Positions 9,301-17,716 of a stretch of DNA of 32,000 nt are shown piece after piece. How positions within the stretch are numbered: position 1 is the stretch's first letter; each line of letters starts with the position of its first letter. Source of the stretch: Sedimentisphaera cyanobacteriorum (lineage in GTDB: Bacteria; Planctomycetota; Phycisphaerae; Sedimentisphaerales; Sedimentisphaeraceae); NCBI RefSeq assembly GCF_001997385.1, contig NZ_CP019633.1:1500001-1532000 (forward strand). Reading direction: 5' to 3'. The translations under genes and the position numbers were made by a program. The notes below the pieces were generated by a model. It saw only the letters and a program-made list of their open reading frames with translations. It made no database searches and was not told the DNA's origin.

Positions 9301-9394
9301 GAGCAAAGAGCAGATGCTGAGAAACCACCAGCATTGCTGTAAGCAAAGCTATAGACAAGAATTTGCCTTTCAATGACCTGTATTTTTTTACCAT
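6371..9394 (-). CDS. gspD: T2SS outer-membrane secretin GspD (long form with low-complexity inserts)
   Basis: 1007 aa. Signal peptide ...LLTAMLVVSQHLLFAQ. N0/N1-like domains are present (ITSLIELVGKQLGLNYIYD..., ITRVFKLEHINTDSAKKML...). The C-terminal secretin domain contains VPILGDLPLVGALFK and LYVFVKANILR. The gene ends at a TAG. Confidence 0.9.
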   Translation of the reverse strand: MVKKYRSLKGKFLSIALLTAMLVVSQHLLFAQESEEISDRQKSILERLDIELQEGETFDEAMMRARQERSSQKAGARAIQNQAAGQQSPEQQAADARQTAQNNSAQQDQNAQPDQQELTPDQREAMERNREAMEKAMEFLKKARQQRQEAEEMYPEKFEQQNQPQPSRQTAESQTAPSDGKTLKQIEPGGTVQATQLPSAEQAAEGDFNVPEITDSNKQLNLSVTLPEKVEITSLIELVGKQLGLNYIYDQNKVRGEVMLKVHNGKIKVKDLYGLLESVLKFRGFIMTRRGNLVTIVTKNEASELDPAIVEGDEDVKPGDVIITRVFKLEHINTDSAKKMLMSMKLGISIVDLPETKSLIVTGYSYRMPRIQKMLSLVDVAGEKRTFEYRRLEYTLASSLVDKVEALAQNLGTVDVTVSSSSSSQRQPVRRDSKGRIIPNQKNGSSSSTVGQGKTEGVYLDVDDRTNRILMIGTEDEIEEVNSLIEAFDVPKQDLRKIQQYDIEFVGAEVVLDALEQLGIVAGQDSSQSRLAAARRNPRGSTQQKSNSPSTAVIEDAKEVLEDEPQVVLLETSNSLLVNATDEQHEKIDSIIGYIDAEPEEDAAPVKVYPLENQSVQDIEETLVEVVERIAKDKAEKAGLAGQGSSGGTSSSRGKIQKTSISSRGAGNTEVTITGDEGTNSIIVYANKKDQDWIEKLITELDKKRPQVLIDVTLVEVSQKDEFEYDLDVAASKNGLDDTSGAISAPIDAGNVALGNFLEGRWDTENDKFKGFYSDSDIQSLLTVMQKKNYGRIMAKPKLLVNDNQEGTIETTTTTYKPQTQTDYVGDENPTAVESQTWESYNAGVNLTITPHISEGDLLRLEINVNRTDFDYSTSSSSSERPYDEIKSDVKTVVTVPDSSTIILGGLISINQGKGGSKVPILGDLPLVGALFKTVSNSDDQSKLYVFVKANILRPTTGTETGLDDLLEQSELQRESFEEAEQNFHKYQDFPGLESEQMAPEKVLEME

Positions 9395-9518
9395 TAATCA
9401 CTCCAGATAGCTATAATAGCACGTTTTACATAATTTATACTTAAGGTTTGACAAACCGAATATACAAAAGTTCCCAATTTGGAAATGTTCTTTTGGAAAA
9501 ATTCAGCATCAGTCTGAA

Positions 9519-10535
9519 TTAATGAGTCTGAATTGCAATTTGTTCGAGAATCTGCCTCTCAGCCTCTTCAAATCCGCATTTGAAAGAAACGCCTGCAGCG
9601 AGATCGTGTCCGCCTCCGCCCAAAGCTTCGGCAACTTCTCGAACAATAATATCGCCTTTGCTTCGCATAGAGCATTTTATCTCGCCCGGGCTTCTTTCAA
9701 TGAGGAGAAATGTTGTTTGAATGCCCTCAAGGGCCTGAAGCTTGTTTATGAGTCCTTCAGTATCACTTTCTACAGCTCCGCTTTCTCTGAAATCCTGATG
9801 GGTTACCCTGCCGGATACCACAGCTGCCCCATGCAGCTTTAGAGAATCGAGCATACGGGAGGTAAGCCGCATCTTCGCAAGCGATTCCCGCTCATAAATA
9901 ACGCTGAAAAGCTCTGCTGTATCAATGCCGGTTTCCAGAAGCTCACTTGCGGCTTCATAAGCGGCCTTGAGGTTCTTGCCGTATCTGAACCAGCCTGTGT
10001 CTGTTGCCATGGCGGCAAACAGAGAAAGCCCAACCTGTTTATCGGGCTTATAACCGAGAAACTTTGCAAATCTGAAAACAATCTCACCAGCTGCCGGTGA
10101 GCCTGAATCAACAACCTTCACATCCCCGAAACTGTCGTTTCCGAGGTGATGGTCGAAAACTATTGAGGGGATCCTCCCGTCTGCAAGCTGCTCTATCCCG
10201 GGAGCCCTGTCCGGATGAAGGGCATCGGCGAGTATGATGAGGTCTGCATCTTTCCAAGGCGTCTTTTTCCAGAGCTGATTATCTTCGCTTGAATTTATTA
10301 TCGTTGGCTGATGACCGCCAAAAAGCATATTTATCCACTCGGGGAAATCATCCACAAGCAGCGGAAAAACCTGCTTTCCCATATCAGCAATTATCCTTGA
10401 TAATGCGCTCACGCTCCCGCAGGCGTCGCCGTCGGGCCTTTGGTGAGCCGTGATTATCACCTTTTCTGATTTTTCAATCAGTTTTTTAGCTTCGGAAAAT
10501 TGTTTTGTAAGATCTTTCAAATTCTGCCCTATCAT
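9519..10535 (-). CDS. nrnA: DHH-family phosphoesterase, NrnA-like (oligoribonuclease/pAp phosphatase)
   Basis: 338 aa. DHH motifs HQRPDGDACGS and FDHHLGN are present, along with the DHHA1 motif GGGHDLAAG. Confidence 0.8.
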   Translation of the reverse strand: MIGQNLKDLTKQFSEAKKLIEKSEKVIITAHQRPDGDACGSVSALSRIIADMGKQVFPLLVDDFPEWINMLFGGHQPTIINSSEDNQLWKKTPWKDADLIILADALHPDRAPGIEQLADGRIPSIVFDHHLGNDSFGDVKVVDSGSPAAGEIVFRFAKFLGYKPDKQVGLSLFAAMATDTGWFRYGKNLKAAYEAASELLETGIDTAELFSVIYERESLAKMRLTSRMLDSLKLHGAAVVSGRVTHQDFRESGAVESDTEGLINKLQALEGIQTTFLLIERSPGEIKCSMRSKGDIIVREVAEALGGGGHDLAAGVSFKCGFEEAERQILEQIAIQTH

Positions 10536-10550
10536 TAATTTCCCGAAGAA

Positions 10551-10601
10551 TATATTAAAATACTGCTGAAATTACAAATATTTTTAGCAATTCCAGCAGT
10601 A
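10551..10601 (-). terminator. Putative rho-independent terminator downstream of the GH115 gene
   Basis: The inverted repeat TACTGCTGAAATT (10561..10573) / AATTCCAGCAGTA (10589..10601) matches at 12 of 13 positions. On the minus strand it is followed by TTTTAATATA. It lies 27 nt after the TAA at 10628. Confidence 0.5.
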
Positions 10602-10627
10602 AAAAGGCAATGTTTACAAAAAAACTG

Positions 10628-13600
10628 TTACATTATTTCAACTCGCCCGTCTTCAAGCCATGACCCTGCAAAACGCAGTAAGTTAAAAAAATCAGACGAA
10701 ACGCTAAACTCCTCAGTCTCGGTCTGGTCTGCACCGAGGTAGGAAGGAACAAGACCGCCGAAGTCAATTTCTATCTTATCGATATTTATTGACGGGTCGG
10801 TACCCCAAATTCGAAGTTTGCGGTTTCCCGGAGCTATCTCAACAATCTCAGAGGACTTAATAATTCCTGAAGCCACATTTTCCTGCCAAAGTGCCGAACC
10901 GTCTTTGCCCATCTCAAATTCGATCCAGAAAGGTTTGTTACCATCAATTGAAACCGCACATCGCAGCTTTTTGCCGTTTTTCAAAGAGAAAGAAGGCACA
11001 GCATAAACATTCAATACAGCTGCCCCGCCTGATGCAGCTTTTATATCGTATTCCAGATAAGGGCTTGATTTGCGAACATTGCCAATATTCTCTACATACC
11101 ATCCGGTAAGCGGCTCAAGAACCATACTCGCACCGGTTCTCCCAAGCCCTTCAAGAACTTCCCAGCTCCTTGAACCACGGGAACGTTTGGCGGAGTAGCT
11201 TTCAGCATTAAAAGCAATAACACCTCTGTCTTCTACAAAAGAATTCTCTACAGCTGCAGAATATTTATTGAATGCAGAAACGTTCACAGTAAAAGATTTC
11301 CCCTCTGATGTTATATCTATACTGCCCCGTACATTATCCTTTTTTGGGGCATCGGCGTAATCGATGCTCACCCATATCCTATGGTCTTTATTACTGAGAG
11401 TGCCGGAGGATTCGCTGAGCTTTATCCAAGAATCGCTCGCTGATGCCTGCCAAGACACCTGCTGCTGCCCCTTGCTGAAAATATCAATAAAGTATTCTTT
11501 ATCTGTATAACGGTTGAATTTGGGAAGAAAATTAAATGACGGCGGCAAAAGCATCACCCCTCTGAGCCTTGCCCCGTCTTCCCTTGCGTAGAAGCTGAGC
11601 GTATGCTGCCCTTCGCTTAACTCGAAATCTGTAATATGATACTTCCCTCTGCCTACATTATCGTTCCAGAGGATATGCGGTCTGCCTTCCATTTTTATAA
11701 ACCACGAATCAGCATCGGGATTTGGATGTTCAATCACAGCGCACAATTTATAAAGCCCGCCCGCTGCTGCGGGAATTTCAAATGAGAAATCTGCCCTGTT
11801 CTCAGTTGGGAAACTCAGATCCCTGCCCCTGCCTTCCGGAACGGAGATATAGCTGCCGGAGGAATCCGAACCTATTTCAATATCCTCGCCATAAAGCTCT
11901 GCATCGCTTGAATGGAAAACCAAAGTATCGAGAGACTGGTTTGGATAATTCGCCTGAGTGTCGAGCTGTGAGGGTGAACCTTCAATGCAAACCCCAAGTT
12001 CCCCCTGCCCAGAGAGATCAGGTTTTGCAGTATTTGGCGACAAGAAAACATCACTGTCAAGCGGGTGCCAGCTGGTTACCTTATTCCACTTCCCTTCAGC
12101 AATATCCTCGTTGTAAATCCTGGTAAGCTCTTTAATCCTTTCAAACGCTGATTCTGCCTGTGCAGCATAGTAATTAGCGATCGCCCTGCCCTGACGTGCA
12201 TACTCCCGGCTCTTATATGCGTAAAGAATTTTTTCGTTAATGCTCGCCGCACAAACGGCAGGATAATGAACAAGCTGAAAATATGCGTCTTTTGCAGATT
12301 CCGGAAGATTATCGAAAATCTCCTGAGAATCACGCCTTAAAGATTTATATTTTTCAATTCTTTCAGCGGAACGGTCTGAGTGCGTAAAAAGAGCAAAATC
12401 AGGGTCATTAAGCTCCCGTCTGCCGGCCCAGTGTTTGTTAAAGCCCATCAGCTCGGGTTTTCTCTGGTTGGCCAGAGCCGTATAACGCTCCATAATACTG
12501 GCAATATCATCGGCATACTCCTGCCCAATATCTCGAGAGGCAGCAGTTTTGAAATATTCAGTTATATTGTTCTTTGTCCATCTGTTGATATCCCAAGACA
12601 TCTGCAGAAAAAATTCCGTATGCCATTCGCGTCTCTTGAGATCCCCAACATTAACAATCCAAACGCCTCGCATATTCATCTGCCATGCCCGATTCATTTC
12701 ACGCCATACAAGCGAGGGGCTGGTAGAGTAAAGCAAGAGATATGGATGCGGCACGCCAAGATAAGATAAATGATAATAAACTCCTCCGCCCCCGTTTCTC
12801 TGCTGTTCTGAGCTGTCTGAGAAACGCTTTATATATCCGAAATTATCCTCCGCCCACATAAGCGTTATATCTTCGGGCAAATCGAGGCCTGCATCATAAT
12901 AGTCCAGCACTTCTTTATAGGGCACGAAAACCTGCGGTATCTCGCTTACCGGCTTATCTATATGGCGGCTTAATATTTCCCTCTCATCAGCTATCACATC
13001 CTCAAGAATACTCGCACCTTCCTCAAGCGAATCGGCTCCGCTCATACCCGTATCGTGCATCCCGCGAATTCCTACAGTATAAATATTTTCGTTTGAGGCT
13101 GCTGTTTCAACTCGCTGGTCTAAAACCTCTTTGATTCTTTCGCTGTTTTGAGTGTAATCCCAAATGCCGTCAGTGGAACTGTCCCACTCTGCTGCATTGT
13201 TAAAAAGAAGCGGTTCGCAATGGCTCGAACCTATAACGATCCCGTATTTATCAGCAGCACGCTTATTTTCAGGAAGCTGATAAAAAGGTGTTGAGCATGC
13301 GTGCATAGCAGGCCAGATATGGTTGGCCTTGAGCCTGAGCAGAAGTTCAAAAACTTTGGAGTATGTTTTTGGGCCGATATAGCCGTATTCATCCTCAAAA
13401 GTATTGGCTGCCCACGGGTGGAGCCCCCAATCTTCGTCGTTTATGAATATCCCGCGGTATTTAACATCAGGCTTGTCTGTCTTGTAGAAATTATCGCTGA
13501 GCTGAAACTCGTTTCTATGGTCTGCAGGGACATCAGCCCACCAAACCCAAGGGGACACCCCCATCATTTCAGAAAGCTCAAACACTCCGAAAGCCGTGCC

Positions 13601-14032
13601 CCTCGGATCGCTGCCCGCTATAACCAGAGCTTTATAAACCCCTTCGAACGGTTCTTCAACAACGCTCAGCACGAAACTCTCCCACTGCTGCTGAGCGACA
13701 GTGGAAGAATCGAATTTTTCCTCGCTGATAAGCTGATCTATAAAGCTGCTTTTACCGGCAGAGCCGATCAGTACAACGTTTTCAGCCATTTGAGGCATTG
13801 AGGATCGTATATCGAAATCTCTTCCGCTAACCGTCTTTAAATCTTTGATAAAACACTCTCCGGCCGTATGAACCACCTTTGAATCTTCTGAATCAATTAT
13901 TATTTCAGCAGTCTCCGAATCACTGAAAAGTGTGAAATTGCATTCAGCAGGACTTTGCATTGAATCGCTGGCTAAACCTGCTGAAACAAACAGAAACATT
14001 ATCGACAGAAAAGAAGCTGTGTTTTTAAGCAT
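10628..14032 (-). CDS. Glycoside hydrolase family 115 (alpha-glucuronidase) with C-terminal accessory beta-sandwich domains, exported
   Basis: 1134 aa. Signal peptide MLKNTASFLSIMFLFVSAGLAS. GH115 hallmark blocks are present: LVIAGSDPRGTAFGVFELSEMMGVSPWVWWADVP, KYRGIFINDEDWGLHPWA, FELLLRLKANHIWPAMH and GSSHCEPLLFNNAAEW. Confidence 0.85.
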   Translation of the reverse strand: MLKNTASFLSIMFLFVSAGLASDSMQSPAECNFTLFSDSETAEIIIDSEDSKVVHTAGECFIKDLKTVSGRDFDIRSSMPQMAENVVLIGSAGKSSFIDQLISEEKFDSSTVAQQQWESFVLSVVEEPFEGVYKALVIAGSDPRGTAFGVFELSEMMGVSPWVWWADVPADHRNEFQLSDNFYKTDKPDVKYRGIFINDEDWGLHPWAANTFEDEYGYIGPKTYSKVFELLLRLKANHIWPAMHACSTPFYQLPENKRAADKYGIVIGSSHCEPLLFNNAAEWDSSTDGIWDYTQNSERIKEVLDQRVETAASNENIYTVGIRGMHDTGMSGADSLEEGASILEDVIADEREILSRHIDKPVSEIPQVFVPYKEVLDYYDAGLDLPEDITLMWAEDNFGYIKRFSDSSEQQRNGGGGVYYHLSYLGVPHPYLLLYSTSPSLVWREMNRAWQMNMRGVWIVNVGDLKRREWHTEFFLQMSWDINRWTKNNITEYFKTAASRDIGQEYADDIASIMERYTALANQRKPELMGFNKHWAGRRELNDPDFALFTHSDRSAERIEKYKSLRRDSQEIFDNLPESAKDAYFQLVHYPAVCAASINEKILYAYKSREYARQGRAIANYYAAQAESAFERIKELTRIYNEDIAEGKWNKVTSWHPLDSDVFLSPNTAKPDLSGQGELGVCIEGSPSQLDTQANYPNQSLDTLVFHSSDAELYGEDIEIGSDSSGSYISVPEGRGRDLSFPTENRADFSFEIPAAAGGLYKLCAVIEHPNPDADSWFIKMEGRPHILWNDNVGRGKYHITDFELSEGQHTLSFYAREDGARLRGVMLLPPSFNFLPKFNRYTDKEYFIDIFSKGQQQVSWQASASDSWIKLSESSGTLSNKDHRIWVSIDYADAPKKDNVRGSIDITSEGKSFTVNVSAFNKYSAAVENSFVEDRGVIAFNAESYSAKRSRGSRSWEVLEGLGRTGASMVLEPLTGWYVENIGNVRKSSPYLEYDIKAASGGAAVLNVYAVPSFSLKNGKKLRCAVSIDGNKPFWIEFEMGKDGSALWQENVASGIIKSSEIVEIAPGNRKLRIWGTDPSINIDKIEIDFGGLVPSYLGADQTETEEFSVSSDFFNLLRFAGSWLEDGRVEIM

Positions 14033-14220
14033 AGTAAACCTTATTTGAGTATCAGAAAGAATATTTTAATTGCGATTAGGAAATAATTTATCGAAAACTT
14101 CTGATCAGCCACGATCGAATATATCGCAGTACGTTATTTAATAACAGCAGGTTTTCTCAGACATAAAAAACTATACACACCAAGAGTATTTCAGCTGAGC
14201 TTTGATGCAAGATATATTAT

Positions 14221-14256
14221 CTTAGAAAAGCCGGACAGCTTTTAAAACTGCCCGGC
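14221..14256 (-). terminator. Rho-independent terminator after the LamG-domain gene
   Basis: On the minus strand, GCCGGGCAG-uuuuaaaag-CUGUCCGGC forms a 9-bp stem with one G-U pair, followed by UUUUCUAAG. It starts 28 nt after the TAA at 14284. Confidence 0.65.
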
Positions 14257-14283
14257 ATAAGAAGGTTAAGACAAAGTTTTAGA

Positions 14284-16503
14284 TTACATTTCCGGTGCGT
14301 ATCTGTTATCTAAGAGCCACTCTGAAGCGAATTCTGCGAAGTCATAGAGATTGACAACGCAATCTGGAGTTCCTTCTGGGCCAGCAATGTCAAACTCGGG
14401 ATAACCGTAGATACATTGCCTCTCTCCTGTTTCGTTGTAATACAGTGCTGCAATTTCTTCGTTGGAAAGCGGGTAATTAAAAAATCTCAAATCATCAATT
14501 TGCCCAGAGAACCTATCGCTTACATTTCCCCTTAGATTTCTTCCGAAAAGCGTAAACGGTTGCTCCCATTCTGAAAAGTTTGCAAGCTCAGATCCATTAT
14601 CAACTTCATCTCTCAAAAGACCATCTACATAAAGCTTTGCGACATAGCCGTCAAAGACAGCTGTAACAAGATGCCACTCTTCTGCAGGAATATATTCAGA
14701 GGAAACAGTGGCCTGTATATAGTCTGTTGAGCTGTTGCTGCCATCTTGCCTTATCAGAAAACGCAAATCTGCTCCGCTCAAAAAGCCAAACTGAATGGCT
14801 GTATTCGAACCTTCATTGAAATTGCCGATGAAATACTGCTCCGAATCATCTAATCGTTTAACCCAGGCAGTTATAGTGAAATTCTCGAGGCCATTTCCGA
14901 AACCGGCTTTTGGATATGCATCCGCTGGCAGTTCAACATAAGTTGTGCCGTTGGGGTCTGCTGCATACTGCTGACCGTCTGTTTCAGCAAAACCGGCAGT
15001 ATATGCGAGGGGATCGCTGACTAAACTCCCATCATTCAGGCCTAAAGTGTCTTCAACATTCTGCTCAAACTTGTAGCCTGAAATCATTCTTTTTATTGAA
15101 AGCGTTGCTGTATCGGATGTGGAGCTGCCCCCGCTGTTTGTAACAACGGCATAGTAAGAGCCCTCATCAGCCAACTCTGCATTAGCAATTTGAAGCGTTG
15201 TTGATGTGTTGTCGGTAAGAATTGTAACATCAGGATCGGCATCGCTTATAAGCATATCAGGTTCTCCTGCCCTGTACCACTCTACAGAAATTAGATCGCT
15301 GATTGTCGTAATGTCAACTTGGATAGACGCAGTTTCAGAAGGGAAAACCTTCATATTATCAGGCCCTTGCAGCACCGGCACAGATTTGAGAGTTTCAAAG
15401 CTCCAAACCTCGCTCATCGGGTTGTTCGGGTCTCCGTCCGGATAGACTCCGCCCTGGCCGTCTGACATCACTTCCTCCACTGCCCAATAGTATTTACTGT
15501 CCATAGATAAAGAGGGAGAATAAACCCCATCAGCAGCAGGATCTGTATAATCAGTAATATCAACAGAGCCAACAAGGCTGAGTTCGCTGTCTTGCGGGTC
15601 TCCATTGCTCATCCATAAGTTATGCTTTTCAATATTCGGGTTTACCGAAGTCATATCTGACGGGTTTAACCCAGCATTCCAAGTGAGGCTCGCATCAAGA
15701 GCGACATTAATCTCTGCGTCTGGGCTTCCATCGAAAGCTGCGTTTTTGAAAACACCGTCAATTACAGGATATTTATTTGCTAGGTAAACACCGATCTTGT
15801 CATAGTCCTGTTCGCTTAAAACGCGATCGTAAACTATTACCTCTGCTACATTCCCATTAAAGAAACCGCTCGTTCCGCGTATAGCTCCAATATTCAGTCC
15901 TGCGGGATTGGAGGTCGAAGAGTTGGAAGATGTTCCGATATACTCCCCGTCGGTGTAGAAATCAACACCTGAATCTACTGCGAACACGTGCGGCTGTGAA
16001 TCTGCTTGAGGTGCCCAACCAGGCCTGTCCCCAGAATCACCAACACGGACATTCAAGATACGTGCATCTTGATCCGACCATAGAAATGAAAGGCAAATAC
16101 GCAAACGGGAATCACTTACACTGTCGTCCCAGCCTGCAAGCATATACTGATCAGTATCTTCAAGATTTACGAACTGCCCAACAACTATAACTGTAAGACT
16201 GTCAACCGTTACGCTTGAAGCTGCGTCAGTTAACCACATAACATCGTCTGTGCCGTCGAAATACAGAGCAGGCTGCGCTCCAAACACACTATCTTGCAAC
16301 ACAGGCTACCTTGAAGCTTCCAACTGTGTTCCGTGGTTTCCGTTGCCGGATGAGTCCGGCCACACTCCTACAGTGTTTCCCGGCGATACGTCGGGTATCT
16401 CGTCGGCGGAAAGATGCATCACAAGCCCATTACTTACAGGTACTGAGGCCAGAGCAAATCCGCATGAGGATGCAAAAACAATTAACAAAAGCAATTTTTT
16501 CAT
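14284..16503 (-). pseudogene. Exported LamG/concanavalin-like plus Ig-like domain protein, interrupted by one in-frame TAG (16308..16306)
   Basis: Track ORFs 16306..16503 (65 aa, signal peptide MKKLLLLIVFASSCGFALA) and 14284..16302 (672 aa) are in the same frame. The junction reads ...SSGNGNHGTQLEASR-TAG-PVLQDSVFGAQPALYFDGTDD, which is the usual start of a LamG domain running straight across the stop. Downstream are an Ig-like repeat (VEWYRAG...EGSYYAVVTNSGGSS) and a second LamG-like domain (LYVDG..., DDLRFFNYPLS). Confidence 0.75.
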
Positions 16504-16719
16504 AGTAAAACTCCCTTAAAAATAATAATATTTACCGTCTGCCATTTTCAGACAAAATTTCAATTTAAAGCACAAAACCAAAAAAATAAGTAAAATCTTC
16601 AGCAAGCTAATGGATAAATTCAAAGCTTGACAATATTTTTTCTGCCTTTAGCTTAATTTAATTCAAATTGACAATTATTAAATGTACTATCCCAACTTTT
16701 TATTGTATGATAGTGATAT

Positions 16720-17625
16720 ATGAAGAATTTCGCAAATACAGCTAACACTGTGAAAAGATCGCAGGTTTTATCATTATTTCATAACGATAAGCAGTACAGA
16801 CCTCTATTTCTGCACGGAGCAGTTCAGCAGGACAGGCCGGTAGGACCGAAAAGAACTTTCAGAGAACATTCACATCCGTTTTATCACATAGTGCTTTACA
16901 CCAACGGGCATGGTGAATACCGCAAAGACGGTCACTTTCACAAGGCACGCCCTGGAACATGCGTTTTGCTCTCTCCCGGCCAGAAACACGACTTCGTTTC
17001 TCACTGGCAGAAGACGGTTTACTCTGAGATCACATTTGCCTTCAAATCTGAAGAGGGAAAACTGCTTGAGCTTCCTTTTGAAAAGATTATTTTTCTTCTT
17101 ACCGGTACTGAAACTGTGTTTGATACTGACATAATCTTTTCTGAAGAACAAACAAACACTCTGAAAAACAGGTTCTCTGATTTGATAGAATACCTGAACA
17201 GCTCAAGCGAGCTATCTCAATATCAGGCCAATTACAGTTTGCTCGGAATATTCAACTTCATAATAAAACACAACATCTTAACAGCAATTGATTCAAGCTC
17301 TATTTCTCCAATGGATAAAGCAAAAGCGTATATTGAAGAAAATTACACCGCTCATATTCCTGTGGAAAAGCTTACTTCAATCGTCCATCTTTCTAAAGGA
17401 TATTTTTTCAGAGCCTTCAAGGAGAAATTCGGAGTTTCTCCAATAAACTACCAGCAAAACATACGGATAAACGCATCTAAAACTCTCCTTAAAACCACCT
17501 CCCTTAGGTGCAATGAAATCGCAAACCGCGTGGGCTTTTCTGATGTTTACTTCTTCCACAGGACTTTCAAAAAACATACAGGGAAAACCCCTTCAAATTA
17601 CAGAGCTGGCAAAGAAGAACTGTAA
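16720..17625 (+). CDS. AraC-family transcriptional regulator (cupin-like sensor domain plus C-terminal HTH)
   Basis: 301 aa. The C-terminus is a dual HTH typical of AraC/XylS: EKLTSIVHLSKGYFFRAFKEKFGVSP...CNEIANRVGFSDVYFFHRTFKKHTGKTPSNYR. It is divergent from the LamG/GH115 genes. Confidence 0.85.
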   Translation: MKNFANTANTVKRSQVLSLFHNDKQYRPLFLHGAVQQDRPVGPKRTFREHSHPFYHIVLYTNGHGEYRKDGHFHKARPGTCVLLSPGQKHDFVSHWQKTVYSEITFAFKSEEGKLLELPFEKIIFLLTGTETVFDTDIIFSEEQTNTLKNRFSDLIEYLNSSSELSQYQANYSLLGIFNFIIKHNILTAIDSSSISPMDKAKAYIEENYTAHIPVEKLTSIVHLSKGYFFRAFKEKFGVSPINYQQNIRINASKTLLKTTSLRCNEIANRVGFSDVYFFHRTFKKHTGKTPSNYRAGKEEL

Positions 17626-17647
17626 GGAATAACTTGAAGACGGAAGA

Positions 17648-17684
17648 ATAAAAAACTCCGCAGGCCTTTTACAGGCAAGCGGAG
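17648..17684 (-). terminator. Rho-independent terminator between convergent araC and dapL (strong for dapL, possibly bidirectional)
   Basis: CTCCGC (17656..17661) pairs with GCGGAG (17679..17684), and an inner GCC/GGC pairing extends the stem. On the minus strand the hairpin is followed by TTTTTTATTCTT. Confidence 0.6.
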
Positions 17685-17716
17685 TATTGAAGGTCTTGTA
17701 TTTGATTTTAATGCTT

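Noticed and set aside
9500-9520. Terminator hairpin AATTCAG-catcagt-CTGAATT at the nrnA stop
   Set aside because: The 7-bp stem is AT-rich, overlaps the stop codon and is followed by only a short T-run. It is too weak to call, although it may contribute to separating nrnA from the gspD promoter region.
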